Shown here: positions 25,406 to 33,964 of the stretch, in pieces
How positions within the stretch are numbered: the first letter of the stretch is position 1
Layout: each line of letters opens with the position of its first letter
From: a virus
Virus record (IMG/VR): IMGVR_UViG_3300038365_000136
DNA length: 35,404 nucleotides
Direction: 5' to 3' (one strand)
Made by a program: the position numbers and the translations under genes
The notes under the pieces: generated by a model
What the model was told of the DNA's origin: nothing
What the model saw: only the letters and a program-made list of their open reading frames with translations
Databases searched by the model: none

Positions 25406-26307
25406 GGTATGATGATATCGTCCCTCACATCCAGGACATCATCGGCCAGTATGGTTCGATGCGCCTGACCGTCAGGCAAATCTACTATCGTCTGGTGGCC
25501 GGGCAGCTCGTCCAGAACTCCCAGCAGTCGTACAAGAGCATCGTCGCTCTGCTGGCTAAGGCCAGGCGGAACGGCGACATCGACTACGACGCCATCGAGG
25601 ACCGCACCAGGGAGGTCAAGGAGGGCGAGAAAGATGAGCACTCGGCCCTGAGCTACTTCCAGTCCTTCTACGACTATGTCAAGGGTCTTGACCAGAACTA
25701 CGACATGCCGCTGTGGTGGGGGCAGCCGACCATCCCCATCGTTTTCGTTGAAAAGGAAGCGCTGGCCAGCGTGTTCGAGGAGGTGACCGACCGGCTCGGC
25801 GTGGACCTGGTCGTATGCCGTGGCTATCCATCGCTGACGCTCATGTATGAGCTGTCAGAAAGGATCTCCGACCGCCTCGGCCAGGACGCCGTGGAGGAGG
25901 TCGTGGGCATCTACTTCGGTGACTACGATCCGAGCGGTGCGGACATAGAACGGGCCGTGGGGGAGAGCCTGGACACCGATTTCGGCTCGTACATGAACAT
26001 CGAGAGGGTGGCCATCACCAGGGAGCAGATCGCCCGGTACAACATCCCCCCGGCCCCGGCCAAGCGGACCGACAGCAGAACAGCCGGGTTCGTGGCCAGG
26101 GAGGGAGTCGCCTGGCAGGTGGAGCTGGACGCCATCGAGCCCAGGACGTTGCAGGGCATCATCAGATCGGCCATCCTGGCGCACTATGACCCTGACGTGA
26201 AGCAGGAACGGGACGAGGAGCTGGAGCGGCGCAGGGCCAAGATTCGTCGCTGGATCGAGGAAAGCGTTGACATGGAATACCAGGCGGAGGACGGTGAGGA
26301 AGCATGA
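25402..26307 (+). CDS. Toprim-fold protein of the TopoVI-A/Spo11/DUF2399(JetD)-like group
   Basis: LTVRQIYYRLV (winged helix with YY), FVEKEAL, CRGYPS, YFGDYDPSG (DxD), VELDAIEP. Confidence 0.75.
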   Translation: MRYDDIVPHIQDIIGQYGSMRLTVRQIYYRLVAGQLVQNSQQSYKSIVALLAKARRNGDIDYDAIEDRTREVKEGEKDEHSALSYFQSFYDYVKGLDQNYDMPLWWGQPTIPIVFVEKEALASVFEEVTDRLGVDLVVCRGYPSLTLMYELSERISDRLGQDAVEEVVGIYFGDYDPSGADIERAVGESLDTDFGSYMNIERVAITREQIARYNIPPAPAKRTDSRTAGFVAREGVAWQVELDAIEPRTLQGIIRSAILAHYDPDVKQERDEELERRRAKIRRWIEESVDMEYQAEDGEEA

Positions 26308-26477
26308 GCTGCCCTCTCAAGCCCGGCATAATGTGCGAGGGGACGCCAGAGCTAGCGTCCTCGACGCCATGCCCATCCTGTCCACGTGGACGCGCTAGCG
26401 GCCGAATGAGGCCGCTACGCCAAAACCTCATTCTCCAGACGCTACACCAAACCGCTTCGATCGCGGAGGTTTTCTGA
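26304..26477 (+). CDS. 57-aa Cys-rich microprotein (not in ORF track)
   Basis: ATGA overlap; MSCPLKPGIMCEG...CPSCP. Confidence 0.45.
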   Translation: MSCPLKPGIMCEGTPELASSTPCPSCPRGRASGRMRPLRQNLILQTLHQTASIAEVF

Positions 26478-27515
26478 ATGAACAAGAACATCATACTTTG
26501 TCACCCAGACCGGAACGGCGACCCTGTCGCCGAGGTCTTCGGCGAATTGCCGGACGCGCTGATGGCGCTGTCCGATGAGACTGAAACGGACGATAGCAGG
26601 TACGAGAAAAAGTACTCCGGTCATCTGCTGACCCTGAACATCGGGTACAGGGACGTAAGAAAAACGCACGATGTCCGGAAGTCAGATGAGGAGTACGCCA
26701 TAGAGCTGGCCCGTGCGGTCCTGTTCGATGAGAACTACTCGCCAGAGACTGAAAAGAGATCAAGATTCACCGACCCCTCATGGGAATCGGCCATCTACAT
26801 AGCCCTGCGCCGATGGCGGGAGAACGAGACCGAGATCGACCAGGATGTCCCCGTAAGGCACATGAAGAAAAAGCAGAGGATCGGATGGCTCACGGAGGAA
26901 GTCTACTACGAGCCGGAGATCAACGCTGCCAACGATGCCCTCCTCCACTACCTTACCGAGTCCCTGGGCTTCGTCTGGGAATGGGAGGGATGGGACCAGG
27001 AGCCCAGGTTCATAGCGAATGGCCTGGTGCGCATCCCGGGGACCAAGATCGTCCTCAACCTCGATGGCGAGTACATCCTATCCCCGCGCTGCGACCGATG
27101 CGGTATGAAGACCGGATTCTGCCGATGCTCCGAGGACCTGAGCGAGATGATCGAGGAGTCCGGCAAGCCACACCGGTGCAACGGCTGTTACTTCCGCCAG
27201 GAGTTCGAGGAGGCCAAGGCGGAATATCTCAGGACCGGCACGATTCCCCGAGACGTCCTGGATGACCTACGGGACCTGGCCGAGAGAATAGCCAATAAGG
27301 GGTCATACAAAGGGGATGATTGGGAAGAGGTCGAGTTCGATAACGACGTGGACGCGATAGCGTTCCTAGCCAAGGCATACAGCGGCGAACAGGTCGAGGT
27401 CATGGAGTGGTACGAGTTCATCGAGAAGAACTGGGACGTATGGGTGGAGATCCAGGAAGACCATCTCGAAGATTACGACGACGACAGCTACTGTGAGTGT
27501 CCTCTGGGAGCGTGA
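26478..27515 (+). CDS. Acidic hypothetical protein with Zn-binding motifs
   Basis: 345 aa; CDRC...CRC...CNGC. Confidence 0.7.
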   Translation: MNKNIILCHPDRNGDPVAEVFGELPDALMALSDETETDDSRYEKKYSGHLLTLNIGYRDVRKTHDVRKSDEEYAIELARAVLFDENYSPETEKRSRFTDPSWESAIYIALRRWRENETEIDQDVPVRHMKKKQRIGWLTEEVYYEPEINAANDALLHYLTESLGFVWEWEGWDQEPRFIANGLVRIPGTKIVLNLDGEYILSPRCDRCGMKTGFCRCSEDLSEMIEESGKPHRCNGCYFRQEFEEAKAEYLRTGTIPRDVLDDLRDLAERIANKGSYKGDDWEEVEFDNDVDAIAFLAKAYSGEQVEVMEWYEFIEKNWDVWVEIQEDHLEDYDDDSYCECPLGA

Positions 27516-27519
27516 TGGC

Positions 27520-27759
27520 GTGATCGTTACCCTAGGGCGATACAAGATCCTGGTCCGGAGCGAGGAAACCGGCGAAGTGGTGGCAGCGAACGCTGAGCAC
27601 GAGAGCGTTGAGAAGGCCATGAACCATCTAAAGGGCCGGGCGAAGGAACACGCTGACAAGCGGTGGACGCACCTGCCATACGCAATTGTCAAGGTGGAGC
27701 ATATCTTCGGCCTTGATCCGCTCGAAGAGCTCCTTGAGGACGGTGATCCCCATGCCTGA
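27520..27759 (+). CDS. Hypothetical microprotein
   Basis: GTG 27520 (alternative 27493); ends GDPHA overlapping the next start. Confidence 0.5.
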   Translation: MIVTLGRYKILVRSEETGEVVAANAEHESVEKAMNHLKGRAKEHADKRWTHLPYAIVKVEHIFGLDPLEELLEDGDPHA

Positions 27760-28156
27760 GCGCCGCGTGTTCGAGGGCGAGGTGCATGACTACCGCGATC
27801 AGGGTGGCCGCATGTGGTTAAGGCCAGATGGGTCAAAGCGGAGCATGGTCCTCCCGACGGCATTTGTCAAGGACCTGGGCGGCAATCGCGTCCGCGTCAC
27901 CGTCGAGGCGCTGCCCACCAGGGAGGATGTCAATCGGCAAACCAATGAGGTCCTGGCCCAGGAGCATTGCTACATCGGCCCGGCAGGAGCGACACGCACC
28001 GCCGAGGAGATGGAGGCCAAGTACAGGGAGCTACGGGCGAAGGCCGACGCTGGCGACGTACCGTCGCAACACCAGTTGGAGCTGTTCGACTGGCTGGACC
28101 ACGATATGTGGGCCATATACGATATTGATGAGACGGCCGGGGGTGAGCGCCAATGA
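27752..28156 (+). CDS. Hypothetical protein
   Basis: ATG after GGTGA SD. Confidence 0.6.
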   Translation: MPERRVFEGEVHDYRDQGGRMWLRPDGSKRSMVLPTAFVKDLGGNRVRVTVEALPTREDVNRQTNEVLAQEHCYIGPAGATRTAEEMEAKYRELRAKADAGDVPSQHQLELFDWLDHDMWAIYDIDETAGGERQ

Positions 28157-28494
28157 GCGAAAACGAAGTCCGTTATTTGAGGGTAACGCCAAAAGGTGCA
28201 GAGCTATTGAACAAGGCCACAGGCCGGTTAAGCCTGATGGAGAACAGCGCACTTGCCAAAGAATGCCACGTATGCTGGGGCGATTCCCTCTGGGATAGCC
28301 TCGAACTCTCTAAGGCGGCTAGTAAACCGGCAACGGGAGAAATGTGGTTCTCTCGCCGCTGGCAACTGGCTGAGGAGTTTAAGGAGTGGGCCGCAAAGAA
28401 CGATGCCGCAAGCTCCCCGCTCGGCGTCATTACCTGGCTATCGATGAAGTTCAACATAATCCCGAAGGAAGCTGACGGAGGTGAGCGGCCATGA
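28153..28494 (+). CDS. Hypothetical protein
   Basis: ATGA overlap; CHVC. Confidence 0.6.
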   Translation: MSENEVRYLRVTPKGAELLNKATGRLSLMENSALAKECHVCWGDSLWDSLELSKAASKPATGEMWFSRRWQLAEEFKEWAAKNDAASSPLGVITWLSMKFNIIPKEADGGERP

Positions 28495-28664
28495 TCTCCC
28501 CGATAACCGGCAAGGAAACGGCCTGGGACGAGTGCCCCTACTGTGGTGCGGACATGGGAACCCACGGGCTCCCTCAATTCTGCCCCGATTGTGGTACCGA
28601 GCAGACCTATGAGGGCATGCCCCCGGAGCCGCCAGCGAGGAAGAAGGAGGGGGGTGAGCAGTGA
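28491..28664 (+). CDS. 57-aa zinc-ribbon microprotein (not in ORF track)
   Basis: CPYC...CPDC; coupled at both ends. Confidence 0.6.
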   Translation: MISPITGKETAWDECPYCGADMGTHGLPQFCPDCGTEQTYEGMPPEPPARKKEGGEQ

Positions 28665-29173
28665 TGGCCCGCGACTTCTACCCATTCAACAGCACGTCCT
28701 TGGTTGTCGCCGAGGGAGACTATGCCGTCATTCAGAACCGCAACGGGCATCTCTGCGGCTATATGGTCCTGCCCGCTGCCGAGGTCCCCGAGGAATGGCA
28801 CGGCGACTATGACGCCCCCGGTCTCCAATATCTCAACGTCCACGGCGGCATAACTTATTGTCGGGTCAATGGCGATCAGGTCGTGTTCGGCTTCGACTGC
28901 GCTGATGCTGGCGATGACGAGAACCGTTTACTACGCTTCCCCCGGCATGTGCTGGCACTAGCCGAGGACATGGGGCGACAGCTGAGGGCGTTCGCCTCCG
29001 TCTACGATGAGTTCAAGGCGGCGGACCGGGAAAAGCGCATCAGTATCCTAGAAAACATCCGGGAGAAGGCCGTGTTCAAGGAGGAGATCGGTTTCGGTGG
29101 CTTGCTAGATATGATGGCCGGTGGAACGTCCCTTGATCCATCAGATGGGGACAATGGGGGTGAGCAGCGATGA
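28661..29173 (+). CDS. Conserved phage-type hypothetical protein
   Basis: GHLCGYMVLP...VHGGITY...FGFDCAD pattern, recalled from many uncharacterised phage proteins. Confidence 0.7.
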   Translation: MMARDFYPFNSTSLVVAEGDYAVIQNRNGHLCGYMVLPAAEVPEEWHGDYDAPGLQYLNVHGGITYCRVNGDQVVFGFDCADAGDDENRLLRFPRHVLALAEDMGRQLRAFASVYDEFKAADREKRISILENIREKAVFKEEIGFGGLLDMMAGGTSLDPSDGDNGGEQR

Positions 29174-29580
29174 ACGGCCACCCCAACCGCGAACCTAGCG
29201 TCCGCTACCTCGTGGACCTGGAAATCGTCCTGGACACCGCCGTCCCCTACCGGACGATCTTAGACGTGGTGGAGGCGGTGCGGTCGGAGATGCTCGGCCG
29301 GACCGGCATGAGGAACGACCGGGAAAGGCTCGACTTCGAGAAGGACCGCCTGTTGGTGCACAAGGAGCTGGAGTGGTCATCGGAGTTCACGATCGGCTGG
29401 AACCGGGCCACGCTGGCCAAGCTCCTGGAGACTCACGCCGATGCCATCGTCCGCCTTGACTACAGCGTGTGGGAGCGGAAGCACTGGAAGGAGGAGGACA
29501 TGAAGGAGGACCGGTGTCTTCGGTACGAGCGCCCGACGAACGAAACGGTCGAGTTATCAGGGAGAGGTGAACAGCGATGA
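29170..29580 (+). CDS. Hypothetical protein
   Basis: 136 aa, ATGA overlaps. Confidence 0.6.
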   Translation: MNGHPNREPSVRYLVDLEIVLDTAVPYRTILDVVEAVRSEMLGRTGMRNDRERLDFEKDRLLVHKELEWSSEFTIGWNRATLAKLLETHADAIVRLDYSVWERKHWKEEDMKEDRCLRYERPTNETVELSGRGEQR

Positions 29581-29957
29581 GCACTCAAAAATTCTCTCCG
29601 CTGGAATGGCTGCGGAGCAAGACAAAGGAGAGGATCGACGACTACAAGGAATATCTCGAAGATCACCCCGCCCCTCGCTGCATGGTCGAGGAGGAGTATG
29701 ACAAGGTCACCACCGTCATCGAGGTGCTAGAGAGCGTTCTGGAGGACGTCGAGTCGGTCAATAGAGCGGTCCAGCCCTGGATATCAAAGGGTAGCATGGT
29801 GGACTTCCACCTCAACATGGCCTCCGACGAGGTGACCACGCCCAACCTGCGGATCCTCAGCGACGTGGTGGACCTCTGCGGTTCGCTCTACGTCAGGGTG
29901 GAGAAGGAGGGCCTGGTCTGTGTCAACGCGCTCACTCCAGCAGGAGGTGATCATTAA
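29577..29957 (+). CDS. Hypothetical protein
   Basis: 126 aa, coupled. Confidence 0.6.
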   Translation: MSTQKFSPLEWLRSKTKERIDDYKEYLEDHPAPRCMVEEEYDKVTTVIEVLESVLEDVESVNRAVQPWISKGSMVDFHLNMASDEVTTPNLRILSDVVDLCGSLYVRVEKEGLVCVNALTPAGGDH

Positions 29958-30415
29958 TGGCATACGAGAAAACGCTTGTTGACGCCATGAAGTCGTGGGG
30001 CGAGATAAACTCCGTCCTGTACGCTCATGGATGCGAGGGCACATCATACTCCGAGATACCGGAGAAAGGCTTCCAGATAGAGTTCGTGCGCCGCGTGGAC
30101 GGGCGGCCGACGCTGGTTCGCGTCCCGGTGGAGTACCGCTACCCTGACAGGGCGACCCCCGCCCAGCGGGAGCAGTGGAGGCGCACCAAGTGGCGTTCGC
30201 TGTTCCACTGGATAAAGGCTCAGTTCGACGCCATCGACCAGGGGATAGCCTCATACGAACAGGCGTTCCTGTCCGACACGGTGGTCCTCCTGCCCAACGG
30301 GGGGCGGTCCAGGGTCATCGACGCCATCCGGCCGGAGCTGAACGGGCGGGAGTTCAATCTCGCCAAGCTCCTGCCGGGGGAGTGCATCGACGCCACTTAC
30401 GAGGTGAGACGATGA
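29957..30415 (+). CDS. Conserved phage-type hypothetical protein
   Basis: WRSLFHWIKAQFDAIDQGIASYEQAFL pattern. Confidence 0.65.
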   Translation: MAYEKTLVDAMKSWGEINSVLYAHGCEGTSYSEIPEKGFQIEFVRRVDGRPTLVRVPVEYRYPDRATPAQREQWRRTKWRSLFHWIKAQFDAIDQGIASYEQAFLSDTVVLLPNGGRSRVIDAIRPELNGREFNLAKLLPGECIDATYEVRR

Positions 30416-30669
30416 GCACGCTCGACGCATTCCTGGAGCCAAAGCAGTGCCGTTCAGATCTAGTTGCCGAGCAGAAGCGCCGCAAGGCGGAGATCGAGGC
30501 GCGGCGTCCAGCCGAGGTCCCGCACGAGATGCTCATGATGGAGGAAAGCGAGTTCATAGCCAGCTACCGCAAGGCCTACGGTGTCAACCCGAGGGGCATC
30601 GAGATCAATCAATGGTATCGAGCCGAGCGGCAGCGCGAGAGGCACAAGGAGAGGGGGCTGGTGCGATGA
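30412..30669 (+). CDS. Hypothetical microprotein (N-terminal STLDAFL)
   Basis: ATG 30412 after GGTGA SD. Confidence 0.6.
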   Translation: MSTLDAFLEPKQCRSDLVAEQKRRKAEIEARRPAEVPHEMLMMEESEFIASYRKAYGVNPRGIEINQWYRAERQRERHKERGLVR

Positions 30670-30721
30670 ACCCCCACACTTGCCAGGGCACAAGGAATTA
30701 CGCAGTTTGGAGGTTTTTCTA

Positions 30722-31465
30722 ATGTCTCTCAACAAGACCAAGATCGAGTGGACGGACTATACCTGGAATCCCGTAACCGGATGCAAGCATGGCTGTTCGT
30801 ACTGCTACGCTAGGGGCATCGCCAATCGCTTCGAGGGCTCTAAGGCGTGGCCCAACGGCTTCAAGCCGACATACCACCCTGACAGGCTGCTCGACATTCA
30901 TCCTGGGAAGGCCAAGCATCTGCTCGGAAAGCGAGTTTTCGTCTGTTCCATGGCTGACCTATTCGGTGATTGGGTCCCGGAACGGTGGGTCGAGGACATT
31001 CTAGCGGTCATCGACAACTGGAGCGTGGTCCATGATTACAGGGAGAGACCGATCTTCCAATTCCTCACCAAGAACCCCAAGCGGTACGAGGAGTATACCT
31101 TCCCGGAGAACTGCTGGCTCGGGACCACTGTAGAGAGCGAGGCCCAGGCCCACCGCATCGATGAACTCTTGCATGCGGTGAACTACCAAGACAACTATGC
31201 GTTCGTGAGCTTCGAGCCATTGCTCGGCAAGGTCACGCACTCGCTGCATGGCCTGGACTGGATCATCATCGGTAAGCAGACCGGGCCAGGAGCAGATACT
31301 TATCCAGACCATGAGGCCGTGGACCACCTCTTCCAGAAAGCAAGCATCTACGGCATCCCTGTGTTCATGAAGGACAACCTCAGGTACGACCTCCCATTGA
31401 GGCAGTTCCCGAGTCGCCAGCTGGGGGTGAGCGCCGATGAGCAAACCCTGCTCAAACTGTGGTAA
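30722..31465 (+). CDS. Phage Gp37/Gp68 (DUF5131) family protein
   Basis: TKIEWTDYTWNPVTGCKHGCSYCYA, FVCSMADLFG, FQFLTKNP, FVSFEPLLG, LDWIIIG, PVFMKDNL. Confidence 0.9.
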   Translation: MSLNKTKIEWTDYTWNPVTGCKHGCSYCYARGIANRFEGSKAWPNGFKPTYHPDRLLDIHPGKAKHLLGKRVFVCSMADLFGDWVPERWVEDILAVIDNWSVVHDYRERPIFQFLTKNPKRYEEYTFPENCWLGTTVESEAQAHRIDELLHAVNYQDNYAFVSFEPLLGKVTHSLHGLDWIIIGKQTGPGADTYPDHEAVDHLFQKASIYGIPVFMKDNLRYDLPLRQFPSRQLGVSADEQTLLKLW

Positions 31466-31697
31466 GGAGTGCCAGGATTACACGACCTACTGGAGCCGCC
31501 CACGGTTCAAGGCATTCCTGGACGGAGTGCGCCTGGTCTTTCCCAGGTACTACATCTGCTCGAAGTGCCAGGAGGCCCCATTCACCGAGAAGAAGAAACT
31601 GGAAGATGTCACGGTATCGGACATTCTGGGAGAGCCGCTTCACGAAAGAAAGGCAGGTTGGTATTTCATCCACGCACCAGGGGGTGAGCGGCGATGA
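31437..31697 (+). CDS. Zn-finger microprotein
   Basis: CSNC...CSKC. Confidence 0.6.
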   Translation: MSKPCSNCGKECQDYTTYWSRPRFKAFLDGVRLVFPRYYICSKCQEAPFTEKKKLEDVTVSDILGEPLHERKAGWYFIHAPGGERR

Positions 31698-32035
31698 ACG
31701 ACGGGTCGTTGAAAGCCGTTTGCCCCTGGTGCGGTGCGCTCCTCTACGAAACGCTAGGGGAGGAGGAAAACCTCTGTCAAGCAGAGTGCCGCACCGAGGG
31801 GTGCAAGGGCTCAGAGTGCGGGTTCACCGTTCAGATCGGGCGCAAGCGGGACCGGATCATCTTCATCGAGGACGACGGCGACTTCGAGGAGATGGTCTAC
31901 TCCATTCACTCTGGGGGCTGGCATCGTGACAAGCCCGAGATCGTCCACCAATACACTCCGAAGGAGAGAAAAATGGACCGGGGGTTCGGGCGACAGCTCG
32001 TTTTCGGGGAAGATGCCGGGGGTGATCGGCCATGA
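31694..32035 (+). CDS. Cys-rich hypothetical protein
   Basis: CPWC...C-x3-C-x4-C-x4-C. Confidence 0.6.
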   Translation: MNDGSLKAVCPWCGALLYETLGEEENLCQAECRTEGCKGSECGFTVQIGRKRDRIIFIEDDGDFEEMVYSIHSGGWHRDKPEIVHQYTPKERKMDRGFGRQLVFGEDAGGDRP

Positions 32036-32175
32036 ACGATAATGACAGAGCCGCCCCTAGGCTCTCGAACGGCAAGCACCGGCGGTCGGAGGCGTGTTTC
32101 CGATACAAGCACGGCAGTTGCAAGGATCCCGGCTGCACCTGCAAATGCCACGCGAAGGATGGTGAGCGGCGATGA
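32032..32175 (+). CDS. 47-aa Cys/His microprotein (not in ORF track)
   Basis: C...HGSCKDPGCTCKCH; ATGA overlaps. Confidence 0.5.
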   Translation: MNDNDRAAPRLSNGKHRRSEACFRYKHGSCKDPGCTCKCHAKDGERR

Positions 32176-32321
32176 GCGAGCAACCTGAGCGTTGTCCGTT
32201 CTGCCAAAGCCGAAAGGTGCAGCACCACGCAGGGACGATGTTCTTCTGCACGTACTGCTACGAGTATTTCGTCCACGACCCGGCCCCCGCCGCTCGCGCC
32301 AGAGGTGATCCCCATGCCTGA
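32172..32321 (+). CDS. 49-aa zinc-ribbon microprotein (not in ORF track)
   Basis: CPFC...CTYC. Confidence 0.6.
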   Translation: MSEQPERCPFCQSRKVQHHAGTMFFCTYCYEYFVHDPAPAARARGDPHA

Positions 32322-32670
32322 GCGGTGCGACTGGTGCGGACGGCCGACCAGGACGGCCAAGGATCAACACCTCTACACCATTAGCGGGAAGGACTACTGG
32401 CTATGCGGCGGGTGCTATCGCAGGTCCCTGATACCGCTGCCACCCCCGAGCGCCGAGCTATGCAAGGGATGCGTCCATGAGCATGAGGAGGGCGCGGACG
32501 GAGGCTCAGCCGAGGTGTGCAGGTCATGCTGTGCGCCGGCCAGATGGGCAGATGCGTTCCTACGGCCGAAGAGCACGCCGGACGACATCGGCAAACCGTC
32601 CAACTACGAGGCCGAGGGCTACCAAAAACCCGTCGTGAGCCGCCAGGCCACGCTGGGGGGGTTCGCTTGA
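32314..32670 (+). CDS. Double Zn-finger protein with C-terminal PIP-box-like motif
   Basis: CDWC/CGGC and CKGC/CRSCC; ends RQATLGGFA. Confidence 0.65.
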   Translation: MPERCDWCGRPTRTAKDQHLYTISGKDYWLCGGCYRRSLIPLPPPSAELCKGCVHEHEEGADGGSAEVCRSCCAPARWADAFLRPKSTPDDIGKPSNYEAEGYQKPVVSRQATLGGFA

Positions 32671-32975
32671 GCGCCTTGATCCCGACAGAAGCAGAGGTCT
32701 ACCCCTCAGGCCGCAGGTTCTACGTGGTCCACATCTCTGATCATGCGTGGGACGTGATAAGCAATCATCTGGACATGATGGAGGCGGAGGAGTTCAAACG
32801 AGCACACATAGAGACCGTGTGCCCGTTCGCCAGACGCCATCCGGAGGACATCCACATCGTAGAGGCAGACGGGAAGGACAACCTCCTGGAAAAGATGGCA
32901 ACCATAGAACTCCGACGAGAATCGAGGTCGGCAAGGCTCCTCAAGGGACAGACCACCTTGGAGGCATGGGTTTGA
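32667..32975 (+). CDS. Hypothetical protein with C-terminal PIP-box-like motif
   Basis: TTG start overlapping the previous stop; ends KGQTTLEAWV. Confidence 0.6.
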   Translation: MSALIPTEAEVYPSGRRFYVVHISDHAWDVISNHLDMMEAEEFKRAHIETVCPFARRHPEDIHIVEADGKDNLLEKMATIELRRESRSARLLKGQTTLEAWV

Positions 32976-33070
32976 CGGCCTACATGCCGCAGGCCAAGAC
33001 GGTCGAGTACATTGACGCTTTCGAAGTGAGGTAGCATCAACGGTCACGCCCGGCGACCCCAAACGCTTCA

Positions 33071-33085
33071 CCATCCTTTTTTTAC
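33071..33085 (+). terminator. Oligo(T) tract, candidate archaeal terminator of the early operon
   Basis: CATCCTTTTTTTACT about 100 nt after the last ORF. Confidence 0.35.
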
Positions 33086-33499
33086 TCGACCGACCCATAG
33101 TGATATGGGCGGGAGCGGCTCGTGTTGCCTCACGATTCGGTCCACCTGCGGGATCGTTGCCCTCCACGCTCACTTTATTTCACAAAATGATGCTCGGCAG
33201 AATCCGGCCGAGCCAGTGTTTTTGCCGCCGCCGAACCGGCTAGGGGGTCGAGAGATACATAATAGTAAAAAGAAAAGTTAATCACTATTTGATGCTCCGG
33301 AGCGGGATCTCGGCGTTTTCTCTTTCCCTGTTCCGTCTGCCGCCGCCGTGTCGGTCTTGACCCTTCGATCCATCCTGGGTCCTTTTTACTTTTACCCATC
33401 CCCCCACTCACTGATATATCGCATACATTTCGTACATGGATTGATAATATCGGTGTAGTAATTAATTGCTTGATTGTGATAAAGCAGTGAGGTATAGCC

Positions 33500-33688
33500 A
33501 TGAGCATGATCGAGGAGCATAGGGTTAGTAATAAGGAAGATGAACGAAGAACTCTCTCCGTCCTGGAATGCGAAATAATTGTACACCGTACCGATAACGT
33601 GCAAATCGATGAGGCGGCGCTTCACGAGATCCTAAGACGAAAAAGGAAGGAAACCCTTAGCGAGATCTCTTCACTGGTTCAACAGTAG
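33500..33688 (+). CDS. Hypothetical microprotein
   Basis: GAGGT SD; 62 aa; its 3' end overlaps the convergent AbrB-like gene. Confidence 0.45.
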   Translation: MSMIEEHRVSNKEDERRTLSVLECEIIVHRTDNVQIDEAALHEILRRKRKETLSEISSLVQQ

Positions 33689-33851
33689 TGTTGAGCCGCT
33701 TGATGAAGATCCCGTCAGGGTATTCGTCCAGCTCGAAGGCTGCGACGAAATCCCCTTCCTTTACATCGAAAATCTCCCGCATCTTTTTTGAAATGACGAT
33801 TTGGAAGTTCTCCTTCACCGGCGCAACGTCTAGCAAGCGAGACATGACCAT
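33657..33851 (-). CDS. AbrB/MazE/SpoVT-family DNA-binding protein
   Basis: VKENFQIVISKKMREIFDVKEGDFVAAF...IFIKRL. Confidence 0.75.
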   Translation of the reverse strand: MVMSRLLDVAPVKENFQIVISKKMREIFDVKEGDFVAAFELDEYPDGIFIKRLNTTVEPVKRSR

Positions 33852-33934
33852 GAATTATCGTACTATATTAAGAGAATTAACTACAAGTACATGGAGTTCA
33901 AATGTAATTTATTTACATCATTTCTTAAAGAACT

Positions 33935-33942
33935 TTTAAATA
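33935..33942 (+). promoter_or_regulatory. TATA box TTTAAATA driving a probably leaderless AbrB-like transcript
   Basis: Consensus archaeal TATA 23 nt upstream of ATG 33965; an oppositely oriented TTAATATA lies at 33864-33871. Confidence 0.6.
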
Positions 33943-33964
33943 TGAACTATACGATTTACCCGGC

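Noticed and set aside
30666-30722. 18-aa ORF MNPHTCQGTRNYAVWRFF (and a similar 20-aa ORF at 32972-33034)
   Set aside because: Too short to support from sequence alone, although both fit the coupling pattern.
33175-33507. Minus-strand 110-aa ORF in the non-coding gap
   Set aside because: Atypical composition, no motif, and it overlaps promoter-like AT-rich sequence; a shorter MGKSKK-start version cannot be excluded.
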